Positions 34,594 through 43,884 of a DNA stretch of 44,219 bases are shown here, piece after piece. Position numbers and translations under genes: made by a program. The notes under the pieces are model-generated. The model was not told the DNA's origin. It searched no databases and was given only the letters and a program-made list of their open reading frames with translations. The stretch's first letter is position 1. The number at the start of each line of letters is the position of its first letter. Origin of the DNA: a virus (lineage: Duplodnaviria; Caudoviricetes); IMG/VR virus record IMGVR_UViG_3300036784_000137, positions 1 through 44,219 of that record, one strand, 5' to 3'.

Positions 34594-35205
34594 CTATTTC
34601 AGACGCGCCCCGGGGCCAAAGCGGACCTGGAAGGTGGGCGGGATCCAGGCGTCCGGCTGCGATTGCACCACCACCGGCGTCGCCACAGTGCGCCCTACCC
34701 AAGGCGGTATATCTACCGGCGGTACCACCGTAGGCACCGCAGCTACCGCCCGCGGTACCTCGCGCGACTCCAGCACCAGCTCGTGGGAGGTGTTGTCCAC
34801 ATGCCACGACGCCAGCCGCCCGAGGAACGCCTGCCCGAGCAACGCCTCGCCGCCAGGCATGGCCATGGCGGTGGCGCGCACGTTCTCGATCGTAACGGAG
34901 CCCACCCGCAACGACCGCAGCATGAAGGTTTGCCACTGATGCTGCACGCCGTCCGCCATGACGAACGCTTGCACGCCCAGCATGTCGGTGTCGCGGATCG
35001 CCCCCAAGCCGCGCAGGCGGACGAACATGTCCAAGGGCAGCAATACGGAGCTGGCGCCGCTGTCGACCATGAAGCTGCCCGTCAGCGCGCCGTCAACCTC
35101 GACCGTGACATGCAGGACCCCGTTGCCGGGGGAGAGTTTCACGTGTGCAGATTCCGCCTGCGCCGGCGTCGCAACAAGCAGCAATAACGCTAGGAGATAT
35201 TTCAT
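34594..35205 (-). CDS. Exported retropepsin-like (clan AA) aspartic protease
   Basis: Signal MKYLLALLLLVATPAQA; catalytic FMVDSGAS; 'ALLGQAFL'. Confidence 0.88.
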   Translation of the reverse strand: MKYLLALLLLVATPAQAESAHVKLSPGNGVLHVTVEVDGALTGSFMVDSGASSVLLPLDMFVRLRGLGAIRDTDMLGVQAFVMADGVQHQWQTFMLRSLRVGSVTIENVRATAMAMPGGEALLGQAFLGRLASWHVDNTSHELVLESREVPRAVAAVPTVVPPVDIPPWVGRTVATPVVVQSQPDAWIPPTFQVRFGPGARLK

Positions 35206-35232
35206 GTTTTCCCTTTCGAGGAGGTTGATGTT

Positions 35233-35655
35233 TCACTTGAAGTTGAGGCGCGCATGTATCTGGCAGTAGGAAGCGCCCGCGTGCGTTGGCGGCGCGCCGC
35301 AGAACCGGTAGGGATGCCGCTCCCCGAACGGCCAGCGGCAGGTATTTTGATCCAGATCAAAAATCGTAATCATGCGGCGGCCGGGATCCGGCGGCTTGGA
35401 ATCCGGCGCCTTGGGCCGCGGCACCGGCTGCTTCTTCACCGTCACCACGGTCGTGCGCGGCGTCGCCTTGCTGCCGCGCCGGTGCCTGTAGCCGCGCAGC
35501 CGGTGCGAGCGCCCGATCACCGCATTGGTGCTCCTGCCCATGCGCTCGCCGATCAGCGAGGCCGAATAGCCTTGTTGCTCGAGCCAGGCCAGGTGCTCGT
35601 CCTCATCCACGCTCCAGGTGTGGTTGCCGTGCCGGCGCCCGTTCTGGTCGCTCAT
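35233..35655 (-). CDS. gcrA: GcrA-family cell-cycle regulator
   Basis: 'W...GYSASLIGERMG.STNAVIGRSHRL' and 'L...TCRWPFGE...FCGAP...SYCQIH'. Confidence 0.87.
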   Translation of the reverse strand: MSDQNGRRHGNHTWSVDEDEHLAWLEQQGYSASLIGERMGRSTNAVIGRSHRLRGYRHRRGSKATPRTTVVTVKKQPVPRPKAPDSKPPDPGRRMITIFDLDQNTCRWPFGERHPYRFCGAPPTHAGASYCQIHARLNFK

Positions 35656-35747
35656 TTCGCCACCCATCCCCAGAGGAAAAACCCCATGAAGCACGCATAC
35701 AGCAGCAACCCGAAAACGATCCACTCAAACCATTCACCGCGGGTCAT
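35652..35747 (-). CDS. 31-aa membrane peptide
   Basis: Hand-translated MTRGEWFEWIVFGLLLYACFMGFFLWGWVAK; ATGA overlap with gcrA. Confidence 0.5.
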   Translation of the reverse strand: MTRGEWFEWIVFGLLLYACFMGFFLWGWVAK

Positions 35748-36003
35748 TTTCCACCGCCTGCTTGAGCGGCTTCTTGTGCGCGCGGTCGCGCGCAATCTTG
35801 CCCAGCCGCACCAGCACCAGCTTGACCACCATTGCGGCCGGCCCGGGCGGCACCCCGAAGCGCTCCCAGGCGATGTAGGCCTGGCGGCCGACCGGGAAGT
35901 GGCGGGTGAACTGGTCCTGCGTCTCGCCCCAGCGTTGGCGCATGGCGCGCAGCCGCTCGCCCAAGGCGCGGTCGCGCGGGGCGCCGTGTTTTGGTGCTGC
36001 CAT
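35734..36003 (-). CDS. XRE/Cro-like HTH regulator
   Basis: 'GERLRAMRQRWGETQDQFTRHFPVGRQAYIAWE'; first gene of the leftward arm. Confidence 0.75.
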   Translation of the reverse strand: MAAPKHGAPRDRALGERLRAMRQRWGETQDQFTRHFPVGRQAYIAWERFGVPPGPAAMVVKLVLVRLGKIARDRAHKKPLKQAVENDPR

Positions 36004-36021
36004 CGGATGCTCCATAAAACT

Positions 36022-36073
36022 GTTTGTCGTTTGTCGTTTGTCTATTGACACCGGATAGGTGTATCTGTCAATA
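36022..36073. promoter_or_regulatory. Divergent control region: 3x GTTTGTC plus palindrome TATTGACA-N15-TGTCAATA
   Basis: Direct repeats at 36022, 36029 and 36036; TTGACA on both strands at the strand-switch point. Confidence 0.7.
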
Positions 36074-36233
36074 ACAATTCGACGCGGCTAGGGAGACCTG
36101 TCCCGCCCCTTCCCGAATAGCCGGCCACTCCCCCCCGGGTTCCCGGCCCGCCGCGTCACTGTTCTTGAAAGCCACGCACCATCATGAACGAGCCTCTAAA
36201 CTTGGTTGGCCGATACAATCTGGAATAGGTACC

Positions 36234-36560
36234 ATGAAAATTACAGGCCAGCGTGGAAGCTGGAATGCTACATTGGAAACCGGTGAGGTTTTGCCGGTAG
36301 TGCACTCCAATCAGGTTGATTGGAAGACTCTCACGTACAAGGAAGGAAACAACACCCACTGGGAAGGGCGGACACATGGTCCGATTGCACGATGGCAGGG
36401 CCATTTGAATTTCATCGATCTGAAGAGAAAGGTGATTATTCAAAAGGACAAGGGTCCAACCGATCCGACACGCGTCGGTTATGTAGATGCATTCAACATC
36501 GACGATGTTGTGATTGATGGAGATGTAATCACATTTAGATTAATAAGTCGCATCAAGTAG
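36234..36560 (+). CDS. Low-GC hypothetical protein
   Basis: Start MKITGQRG; first gene of the rightward arm. Confidence 0.6.
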   Translation: MKITGQRGSWNATLETGEVLPVVHSNQVDWKTLTYKEGNNTHWEGRTHGPIARWQGHLNFIDLKRKVIIQKDKGPTDPTRVGYVDAFNIDDVVIDGDVITFRLISRIK

Positions 36561-36576
36561 GAAAGCGAACCATCCC

Positions 36577-37365
36577 ATGAGCCTCACCGCAGAACAGATC
36601 GCCAAGCGCGAGGGCAAGCTCACCGGATCGCGGGTGGCCGTACTGATGCGCGGCGATGCCGAAGGCATCCTGCAGCTTTACCAGGAGATGATCGGCGAGG
36701 CGCAGCCGGAAAACCTCGATGATGTGTGGCCGGTGCAGCTCGGCTCCGCCACCGAGAAGTTGAATCTGGATTGGTGGGAAAAGAAGAACAAGCGACTGTT
36801 GAGCAATCGCGGCACCGTCGCAGTGGCGGAGAAATATCCGTGGGCCGCCGCCACCCTGGACGGTTGGGACGAGGAGCTTAAATGCCCGGTCGAGTGCAAG
36901 CACGTCGGCGGGCGCGAGCCGCTGGAGATGATCATCGACCGCTACCAGCCGCAGATGCAGTGGCAGATGCTGGTCACCGGCGCGCAGCAATGCGCCCTCT
37001 CAGTCATCATGGGCGCCAGCGAGCCCGTGGTGGAATACATCAGCCGCCACCAGCCCTACATCGATCAGATGGTCGACCGCGGGGATTATTTCATGATGTG
37101 CGTGGCGCTACGCAAGGAACCGGTCGAGCTGGCCCCGGTGCCGGTGCCGATCGAGCCGACGGCGGAGATAAACATGGCCGGCAACGAGAAGTGGGCGACA
37201 CAGGCGCAGCGCTGGCTGCAGACCCACGGCGCCGCCGAGGCCGCCAAGGATAGCGAGAAGGTGCTCAAGTCCCTGGTGCCGCCGGAGGCCAAGCGCTGCT
37301 TTGGGCATGGGGTGAAGATCAGCCGCGATCGCGCCGGGCGCCTGTCGCTGCGAGAAGGAGAATGA
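36577..37365 (+). CDS. YqaJ/lambda-type exonuclease
   Basis: 'LTGSRVA...WAAATLDG...VECKH...YQPQMQWQM'. Confidence 0.9.
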   Translation: MSLTAEQIAKREGKLTGSRVAVLMRGDAEGILQLYQEMIGEAQPENLDDVWPVQLGSATEKLNLDWWEKKNKRLLSNRGTVAVAEKYPWAAATLDGWDEELKCPVECKHVGGREPLEMIIDRYQPQMQWQMLVTGAQQCALSVIMGASEPVVEYISRHQPYIDQMVDRGDYFMMCVALRKEPVELAPVPVPIEPTAEINMAGNEKWATQAQRWLQTHGAAEAAKDSEKVLKSLVPPEAKRCFGHGVKISRDRAGRLSLREGE

Positions 37366-38249
37366 AAATGGCAAATGAAAAAGAGCTGGTCGTTCACGAT
37401 CCAATCGACCCCATGAACATGATTGCCAATGCCCTGCATGACGGTGCCTCGATCGAGATGATCGACAAGCTAATGGGCCTGCAGGAGCGCTGGGAGGCCA
37501 ATCAAGCCCGCAAAGCGTTCGAGAAGGCGATGGCCGCGGCCTCGACCGAAATGCCGGCCCTGGTCAAGAACCGCGCGGTCAAGTTCGGCACTACATCCTA
37601 CAAGCACGAGGACCTGGCCGAGGTGGTGAGCGCCATCGCGCCGGTGCTCGGCAAGCACGGCCTGTCGCACCGGTTCGAGACCACCACCGAGCCGGGACGG
37701 ATCACGGTCACCTGCATCATCTCGCACGAGCTGGGGCACTCGATCCGCAATGCCCTGTCCGGGCCGGCCGACAACAGCGGCGGCAAGAACGCCATCCAGT
37801 CGATCGGCTCGAGCATCACCTACCTGTCGCGCTACGCGCTCAAGGCGGCGCTGGGGCTGGCTGCCGCCCATGATGACGACGGCGCCGGTGCTCCAGACGT
37901 GGAGAAGAAGGAGCCTACCGCGAAACCCGACGCCATGAAGCGGTCGCCGCCGCCTCCACCCCCAGAGGCTCCGCCCACCAACCGCCCGCTCAACATCAAG
38001 CAAATCATGGCGCTGGAACAGGCGGCACGAGCGGCGGCAGCCAGAGGCAAGAGCGCCTTTGAGCTGTTCTGGCGCGCCCATCCGACCGACCAGGAGCGCG
38101 CCATCATCAAAGGGCTGGGAGCCCAATTGGCGGAGCTACGGGACGCTGCCGAGGCCCGCATCATGGCCGAAGCCGCCGCCGAAGCCGCCGCCGAATCAGG
38201 CGGCGTTTACGACCCGGAGACCGGCGAGACCGTGGAGCCGCCAACGTGA
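37362..38249 (+). CDS. erf: ERF-family single-strand annealing protein
   Basis: 'YKHEDLAEV...PVLGKHGL...QSIGSSITYLSRYALKAALGL...DDDG'. Confidence 0.9.
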   Translation: MKMANEKELVVHDPIDPMNMIANALHDGASIEMIDKLMGLQERWEANQARKAFEKAMAAASTEMPALVKNRAVKFGTTSYKHEDLAEVVSAIAPVLGKHGLSHRFETTTEPGRITVTCIISHELGHSIRNALSGPADNSGGKNAIQSIGSSITYLSRYALKAALGLAAAHDDDGAGAPDVEKKEPTAKPDAMKRSPPPPPPEAPPTNRPLNIKQIMALEQAARAAAARGKSAFELFWRAHPTDQERAIIKGLGAQLAELRDAAEARIMAEAAAEAAAESGGVYDPETGETVEPPT

Positions 38250-38476
38250 GGGCGAAGATCGAGAAGATCTATCCCGAGCTCGGCCGCAAGATGAAGGAAT
38301 TGCGCTCCTGGTCCGGCATGTCGCAACTGGAGACCGCCAAGCGTATGCACATCGGCCGCCCACATCTGGCACTAATGGAAAACGGCCGCCAGCGCATCCA
38401 CCTGCATACCCTGATGGCCTTCGGCAAGGCGGTAAACATGTCGGTGCGCTATATCCTGGAGGGTATAGTCCCATGA
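38246..38476 (+). CDS. XRE-family HTH protein
   Basis: 'LGRKMKELR...MSQLETAKRMHIGRPHLALMENG'. Confidence 0.85.
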   Translation: MRAKIEKIYPELGRKMKELRSWSGMSQLETAKRMHIGRPHLALMENGRQRIHLHTLMAFGKAVNMSVRYILEGIVP

Positions 38477-38495
38477 TGCGGAGCATCAAGCAAAC

Positions 38496-38747
38496 ATGAA
38501 GAACGCCATTGGAGCCAAGCAATGCGGGACGTGTCGGTATTTTCACAACCCGCAGAACGGCAACGTCGGGGTCTGCGTCTTCAACCCGCCGACGCCGTTC
38601 ATCGTCGGCATTACGCCCTCTTCGCCGCTGGTCGACCCGCGCAAGCCGGGGGCGGAGGTGGCGCATATCGTGCGCGGATATTTTCCCCTGGTGGCCAAGG
38701 AGGATGGCTGCGCCAAGCATGTGCCCGATGTAGGAGCGTTGAACTAA
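38496..38747 (+). CDS. Cys-containing conserved phage hypothetical protein
   Basis: 'CGTCRYF...GVCVFNPP...FPLV..DGC'. Confidence 0.65.
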   Translation: MKNAIGAKQCGTCRYFHNPQNGNVGVCVFNPPTPFIVGITPSSPLVDPRKPGAEVAHIVRGYFPLVAKEDGCAKHVPDVGALN

Positions 38748-38917
38748 AATGCAGTCGGCGGGACGGAGGAAGGATGGAAAGTCGGAGGCTCGTAGCAGCC
38801 GTTTTCGGCAGAGAGGCGACAAGGCCGCCAACTTCTCTAAAGCTCCAAACCGAAAGCTGGGTGTGCCGGTTCGATCCCAGCAGTGCCTCCCTTAGCTCCG
38901 TCCCACCAACTGCATTT
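38747..38917. ncRNA. Candidate structured RNA/tRNA-like element enclosed by a 22-bp inverted repeat
   Basis: 38747-68 pairs with 38896-917 (20/22); internal hairpins; GGTTCGATCCC T-loop-like motif. Confidence 0.45.
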
Positions 38918-39144
38918 CATGCTTCGGTGATGCTCTTGGGGCGCGGCAACTCCTGCAGCGGCGGATGCCGGATCGGGGGCGGCGTGTCGGGCGCCTCCAC
39001 ATAGGCGGCCGCGGCGGCGTGGGCTGCCGCTTTCTCCGCCTCAGTGGCGCTCGCCTGGAACCAGATGGTGCCGTCGGCGCTCACGCCCTCGATCGGGGCC
39101 ACGACGGCGATGGCGGCATGAAATGCTGCAAGATTATTGATCAT
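38917..39144 (-). CDS. Small fibre-associated protein
   Basis: Coupled to the upstream fibre gene. Confidence 0.5.
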   Translation of the reverse strand: MINNLAAFHAAIAVVAPIEGVSADGTIWFQASATEAEKAAAHAAAAAYVEAPDTPPPIRHPPLQELPRPKSITEA

Positions 39145-40475
39145 AGCCAAGCCTCGAAACCAAATTGGTTTATATTGAAGAAGTTGAAGGTGTTGGCATG
39201 GGTTCCGTCGCCGGTCTCGTTGGCGGTGGCGTTGAAAAACCCGGTGATCGAAAGCGACAAGGAACCAATGGCGGCGGCAAAAGTGAGCGCCGTCGCCGCT
39301 TGGTTAGCGACCACGAGCGGGGCGACAGCACTTGCCGTCGTGGAATTAACCCCGATCCCGAATTGCTCAAAGGCACCGGCCACACCTAATATCTGGCCTG
39401 AAACAGCGTAGGTAAGCGTCACGGCTCTTTCCGAACTGGTCTGTATCATGCTTATTGAATTGTAGCCGCGCGACCCAGCCTGACGGTAGGTGTTGGTGGC
39501 GTAGGTGTAGCTCGCTGCATTGTCGGTCACAAAACCTGTGAACAGCGTCTGATTGTAGTAGTTGCAGACACCGAAGCTGCCTGCGGTGGCGGCAGCGGGA
39601 AACTGCCAAGGTATCAGACCAGGCCCGGAGGTGAAAAAAGATCCAAGAAATGTCGCCTGGTTGGCCGCCACCGCGACCGTCGAGACAACGCCAGCCGGCG
39701 AAATGAGCATGTTGGTGGCGCCAGAATTGGTCAGGAAGCCGCCGAATATGCTCAGAGTCATGGCCCTGACGGAGGGGGTGCTCCATTGCAAGGTGGCGAG
39801 CGTCAGCACGCCGGCATTGAGGATGACGAAAACATCCGCAACAATGCCATTCGGCCAACTGGCGCTGGCATTCAAGTTTATCAAAAGCCCGAGATGATCG
39901 TTGAGCGAAGAGGCGAACTGATACATTTGAACCGTCGATCCGTTGAAGATCGGAACGAACGGATGGACGTAAGGCGCGTAATAGATGTTGCCGCCGGGGG
40001 CACCGCTGGTGAAGTTGACCGGCACGCCGGCGTTCATCGTCAGGCGGCCGCCGGGCTTGAACCAGGTCGACACCGCCACCGGCTGCGACGGCGCCTCGAA
40101 ATAAAACCCGCCGACACCGCCGTTGAGCGCCGCATGAAAAGTGAGAATATACTGCTGGCCGATGACCAGGTCAGCGGTCGAGGCCTGGGTGACGCCATCA
40201 CCGTGATAGACCGGCAGGAAGCCGAGACCGTTGTACTGCGCGGTGACCAGGCCAGTGGAGGTGCTGACGGCCACGAAGCGGTAGCTGCCCAGTTCATTGT
40301 AGCCGGTGAGCGCCGGGCAATTGACGTTGGGGGTGAGGGCGATGGCGTTGGTGCCGGAGGCGGTGCAGGGGATGGAGAGCATCGCCCCGCACTGGTTGAA
40401 CATCACGTCGAGCGACGACATAGGCTCCGGCGAGGTGGCGGTGGCGAACGGATAGGGAGGGCTGGGCCAACTCAT
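39141..40475 (-). CDS. Tail fibre-like protein without signal peptide
   Basis: 'ASGTNAIALTP...' N-domain and 'GGRLT...GVPV...IYYAPY' fibre domain. Confidence 0.65.
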   Translation of the reverse strand: MSWPSPPYPFATATSPEPMSSLDVMFNQCGAMLSIPCTASGTNAIALTPNVNCPALTGYNELGSYRFVAVSTSTGLVTAQYNGLGFLPVYHGDGVTQASTADLVIGQQYILTFHAALNGGVGGFYFEAPSQPVAVSTWFKPGGRLTMNAGVPVNFTSGAPGGNIYYAPYVHPFVPIFNGSTVQMYQFASSLNDHLGLLINLNASASWPNGIVADVFVILNAGVLTLATLQWSTPSVRAMTLSIFGGFLTNSGATNMLISPAGVVSTVAVAANQATFLGSFFTSGPGLIPWQFPAAATAGSFGVCNYYNQTLFTGFVTDNAASYTYATNTYRQAGSRGYNSISMIQTSSERAVTLTYAVSGQILGVAGAFEQFGIGVNSTTASAVAPLVVANQAATALTFAAAIGSLSLSITGFFNATANETGDGTHANTFNFFNINQFGFEAWL

Positions 40476-40490
40476 GCAACCACCGCCTTG

Positions 40491-43130
40491 TTATTGTGCC
40501 AAGGAAGAATTAAACGTACCAAGCGCGCCCCAAAGAAAGTTCAGTCCGCTGCCCTCGGTGGTCGTTGACCCAAACGTGTCCGGGCTGCTGAAGGCAAATT
40601 GCCAGTTGCCAGTCGGCAGGGTTATTTCCGAAAGATTCCCACAGCCGCCGCTGTAGGTGTCGTTCAGCCGCGTGCTGCAATAGTTGATCCATGCATTGGA
40701 CCACGACTGAGACTGATAGACCGCGATCAGGTAATTGCTCTGCGTCAGGTTGGCGACAGTGCCGCCAAAGTTGCTGCAGCCAACGCATGTGGCCCAATTG
40801 GCACTACCCTCGTAACTGACAACCGATTTCCCAACAGAAGACAGCGCCTGCAAGAATTCCGAATCATTGGTCAGTATATCTGAAATCGTCAACTGATCTG
40901 CTGTCGGTGCGCCGCCGACAACGCCGTTAACAACCCAAGGCAGGCACCAAGTTGTGTCTACAGCGCCGACACAGTTGGGCGCTTGCGGTGGAGTAGCCGC
41001 GCAAGCCGTCGCCTGTGCAGCACACCATTGCGAGGCTGTAATCGCGGTGTTCGTAGAATAGAATGCAGTCGAAGGATTCGTATAAGGTGCCCAGCCGCCA
41101 TAGTCAAAATACGCCCATGGCGGCGATGCCGCATTCGGCCATCGTGCGTCAGCAAAGATAGTGGCGTCACCAAAAATTAGAATATGGTTATGCCCACTAA
41201 GTCGCGGGTCCCCTGCCGCCCCCGGAGGGCCGCCCACCATTGCAAACTTAAAAACTGAAGGATTGTAGACCCCACTGTTATTACGGATGTCCTCGAACAT
41301 CTGGATGGTGCGAACGGTGCCGAAGTCGGACGGCCCCACGACGCCGTAGCGCAGGAAGTTCTGGCGGCTGTAATAGCTAAACGTTGGATAAAAATTGTTC
41401 CACCATTCGTTGGAATTCTCAAAAAGAACCGGACAGCCCGCACAAAGCGGGTAGGTTCCGTTGATGATCGTGTTCGCCATGTTGCGCGGATAATCTGAGG
41501 CGGTCGTATAGTCAGGATCGGTAGACACCATTCCCATATGAGGCATGTTGATCCACAGCCCGACCGGGTGTTGGCCACCAGTAAGGAGGGCATTAACCTC
41601 GTTGATGAATTTAACCTCGATTTCAATTGGAGCTAACTGCGGATTGGCTCCTTGGCCACCAGCACTGCTGGCTAATCCTACAATATGATTGACAAGCCAT
41701 GCACCACATATGGTTACACCCGCCCCATTCGTAATGGCGCATGAGTTTTTGTCGTAAGTCATGTTCAATGCGTAACTTCCGGCCCCCGCCTTGAAATAAT
41801 TCATAAGGGGCGTCCTGCCGTCAGCATCAGCAATAGGAGCATTTACTCTCGCCCCGACATTCAGCGAAGTATATTCCACGCTGTAATTAGTTCCAGTCGC
41901 GCTAAAAGCACCAAACGATGTCGTATCCACAGGAGTAGCCGTACAGGTGTTAGTGGCTACGGTGAAAACCTGCATCGTGTAATGTGTGGTATCAACCACA
42001 GTAATGCAAACAGGATATAAATTAAGCTTTGGCATGTTGGTTGGAGAAGAGAAATTGTGAATAATCACGTCACCGGTTGCGTATCCGTGCACAGCCGAGG
42101 TCGTAACGGCGCCAGGACTTGCAAGGGAAACAGCGGAAATAGTTACTCCATTTTGAGCAAACACATTGCTACCATTATTCATCGTATTGGCAAATTTGAA
42201 AGTCGCCACCTCGCCGTGGACCATTGATCCAGGCGTTCCCGCAGCAGCAGCAACGGACAATAAATTGGTGCCGGTGCTCACAGTATAGGGCGGCGAGGAA
42301 AGCCAATACGAGCCAGTGACAAGACCGCTTGTCGTGGGCTTGGGACGGTTTTCGTATCTGACCTGGGTGCTGTAAGCGTCACCCGGACCCCAGTCCATGA
42401 AACGCACATAACTTGGATCAAAATTGGCAATCGTTTGCAAATACTCGCTGCGAAAGATGTTCCCTGCATTGAGACGAACAAAGTCTCTCTGCTGATACAG
42501 TCTCACGTTTTTGATGAACGCCCCGACACATCCACCAGATGTCGTAGAACACGTGTTGGATACGATAAAATTTTCAAGTAACGGAGTAGATTGCCCTACG
42601 TTCGTAAATGGAACGCAGAAGCCGGTGCCCGCAGTATCGTTCGTGGTGATGGTGCCGTTCACCGCAGACGAATAGCCCCAGCCAGAACCAGTATTGTTTG
42701 GTGCCGTGCCGCTGGCAACACCTCCGCACGTCACGCCGGACGACAAGGTGAACTGAGTCCCAATCCCGACACTGAAAACGCCTAGTCCGGAGCCATCAAC
42801 CGTATATTGCCCGGAGAACTGCGCCGAGCTCGGATACCGAATGCCGCCACCGAAAGCGAGGCCGTTGGCGCACGCCTGATTTGGCCATCCATTGGCATCA
42901 AGCCCGGCGGAGTTCCAGAAACAGGTGCCGCTTGCCGCCCAGTTAGATCCGAAAGGGCTCAAGAAACTATCGCCCTCCTGCAGGAAATTAATGAAGGCGT
43001 AGTCGAACTGAGCAGGGGTTCCGATGTTGAACATCCCGCGCGGCGAGACGACCCGTGTGTGACCATGCATACCGGCAAACGCCGGCAATGACTGCAGGAT
43101 GAAGATAAGGCTAAGGAGAAGTAAGCGCAT
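40491..43130 (-). CDS. Signal-peptide glycoside-hydrolase-like (TIM-barrel) depolymerase/tailspike
   Basis: Start MRLLLLSLIFILQSLPAFA; 'VRFMDW', 'WINMPH', 'FENSNEWWN', 'SYEG'; FCCH-like insert 'SPGAVTTSAVHGYATGD'; low GC; 20 Cys. Confidence 0.7.
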   Translation of the reverse strand: MRLLLLSLIFILQSLPAFAGMHGHTRVVSPRGMFNIGTPAQFDYAFINFLQEGDSFLSPFGSNWAASGTCFWNSAGLDANGWPNQACANGLAFGGGIRYPSSAQFSGQYTVDGSGLGVFSVGIGTQFTLSSGVTCGGVASGTAPNNTGSGWGYSSAVNGTITTNDTAGTGFCVPFTNVGQSTPLLENFIVSNTCSTTSGGCVGAFIKNVRLYQQRDFVRLNAGNIFRSEYLQTIANFDPSYVRFMDWGPGDAYSTQVRYENRPKPTTSGLVTGSYWLSSPPYTVSTGTNLLSVAAAAGTPGSMVHGEVATFKFANTMNNGSNVFAQNGVTISAVSLASPGAVTTSAVHGYATGDVIIHNFSSPTNMPKLNLYPVCITVVDTTHYTMQVFTVATNTCTATPVDTTSFGAFSATGTNYSVEYTSLNVGARVNAPIADADGRTPLMNYFKAGAGSYALNMTYDKNSCAITNGAGVTICGAWLVNHIVGLASSAGGQGANPQLAPIEIEVKFINEVNALLTGGQHPVGLWINMPHMGMVSTDPDYTTASDYPRNMANTIINGTYPLCAGCPVLFENSNEWWNNFYPTFSYYSRQNFLRYGVVGPSDFGTVRTIQMFEDIRNNSGVYNPSVFKFAMVGGPPGAAGDPRLSGHNHILIFGDATIFADARWPNAASPPWAYFDYGGWAPYTNPSTAFYSTNTAITASQWCAAQATACAATPPQAPNCVGAVDTTWCLPWVVNGVVGGAPTADQLTISDILTNDSEFLQALSSVGKSVVSYEGSANWATCVGCSNFGGTVANLTQSNYLIAVYQSQSWSNAWINYCSTRLNDTYSGGCGNLSEITLPTGNWQFAFSSPDTFGSTTTEGSGLNFLWGALGTFNSSLAQ

Positions 43131-43884
43131 CGCCGATCGCCCTACTAGAAGTGCCACCAAACTGCGGAATAGTAAAACTGGATTGCGGCGAGGTAAATCT
43201 TGCATACTGCGTGAACAGGAAATTGCGTTGCAATATTTGTGTCCATGGTGCCGTTGGCGTAGCCGTGCCGGTCTCGGCTAGACCGTTGATGATCATGGTG
43301 CAGGGGTTGGACGTGAAGACCGTGGCATTGGCAGCGGAAGCACTGCCATTGGGCACACCGCCACCGGGATCAAACAGCGAGCTGAGGTTTACACCATCGA
43401 CGACAAACGCATTGGCCGTGCCGAAAGAAATAGTTGCCGAACTGGTGACGACAGTAAGCGTATCCCCAGCCAGGGGAGCTGACGTTGACGACTTGGAGAC
43501 AAACTCGGAAAAAAATCCTGGGGTGGTAAGGCGATTGGTCCCCGTCCAGGTGGAGCCCGTAAAGCTAGAAGTGCCGTATGACAGGAGACTAGCCGAATCA
43601 GTAACGGTCATCGTGTCGGTACCCGCAAGACCGTTGATTTCAACAAACACCACGACCACCACGTTGCTGCCGGTTGACGACAGCGGCGACAAAGTGAACG
43701 TCATGCCCGACGACCAGTCGCCAAACACGGACGCATTGACATTGACATCAAACGAGGGCGCCGTGCAGGCGGCAGCGCTTGCCTGCTGCGCCCGCGATTG
43801 CCAATAGGCCTTAGGCATGGGCTGCTGCAGCAGGCAGAATACGCCGGCCAGCAGCAGCGCCCATACCAGCAGCATACGGCGCAT
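43111..43884 (-). CDS. Signal-peptide Ser/Thr-rich beta protein (putative adhesin/appendage)
   Basis: Start MRRMLLVWALLLAGVFCLL; TGATG coupling. Confidence 0.7.
   Translation of the reverse strand: MRRMLLVWALLLAGVFCLLQQPMPKAYWQSRAQQASAAACTAPSFDVNVNASVFGDWSSGMTFTLSPLSSTGSNVVVVVFVEINGLAGTDTMTVTDSASLLSYGTSSFTGSTWTGTNRLTTPGFFSEFVSKSSTSAPLAGDTLTVVTSSATISFGTANAFVVDGVNLSSLFDPGGGVPNGSASAANATVFTSNPCTMIINGLAETGTATPTAPWTQILQRNFLFTQYARFTSPQSSFTIPQFGGTSSRAIGDALTSP

Noticed and set aside
38784-38892. Canonical tRNA gene
   Set aside because: Acceptor and T stems are imperfect, the D/anticodon region is oversized and there is no CCA; kept only as a tRNA-like candidate
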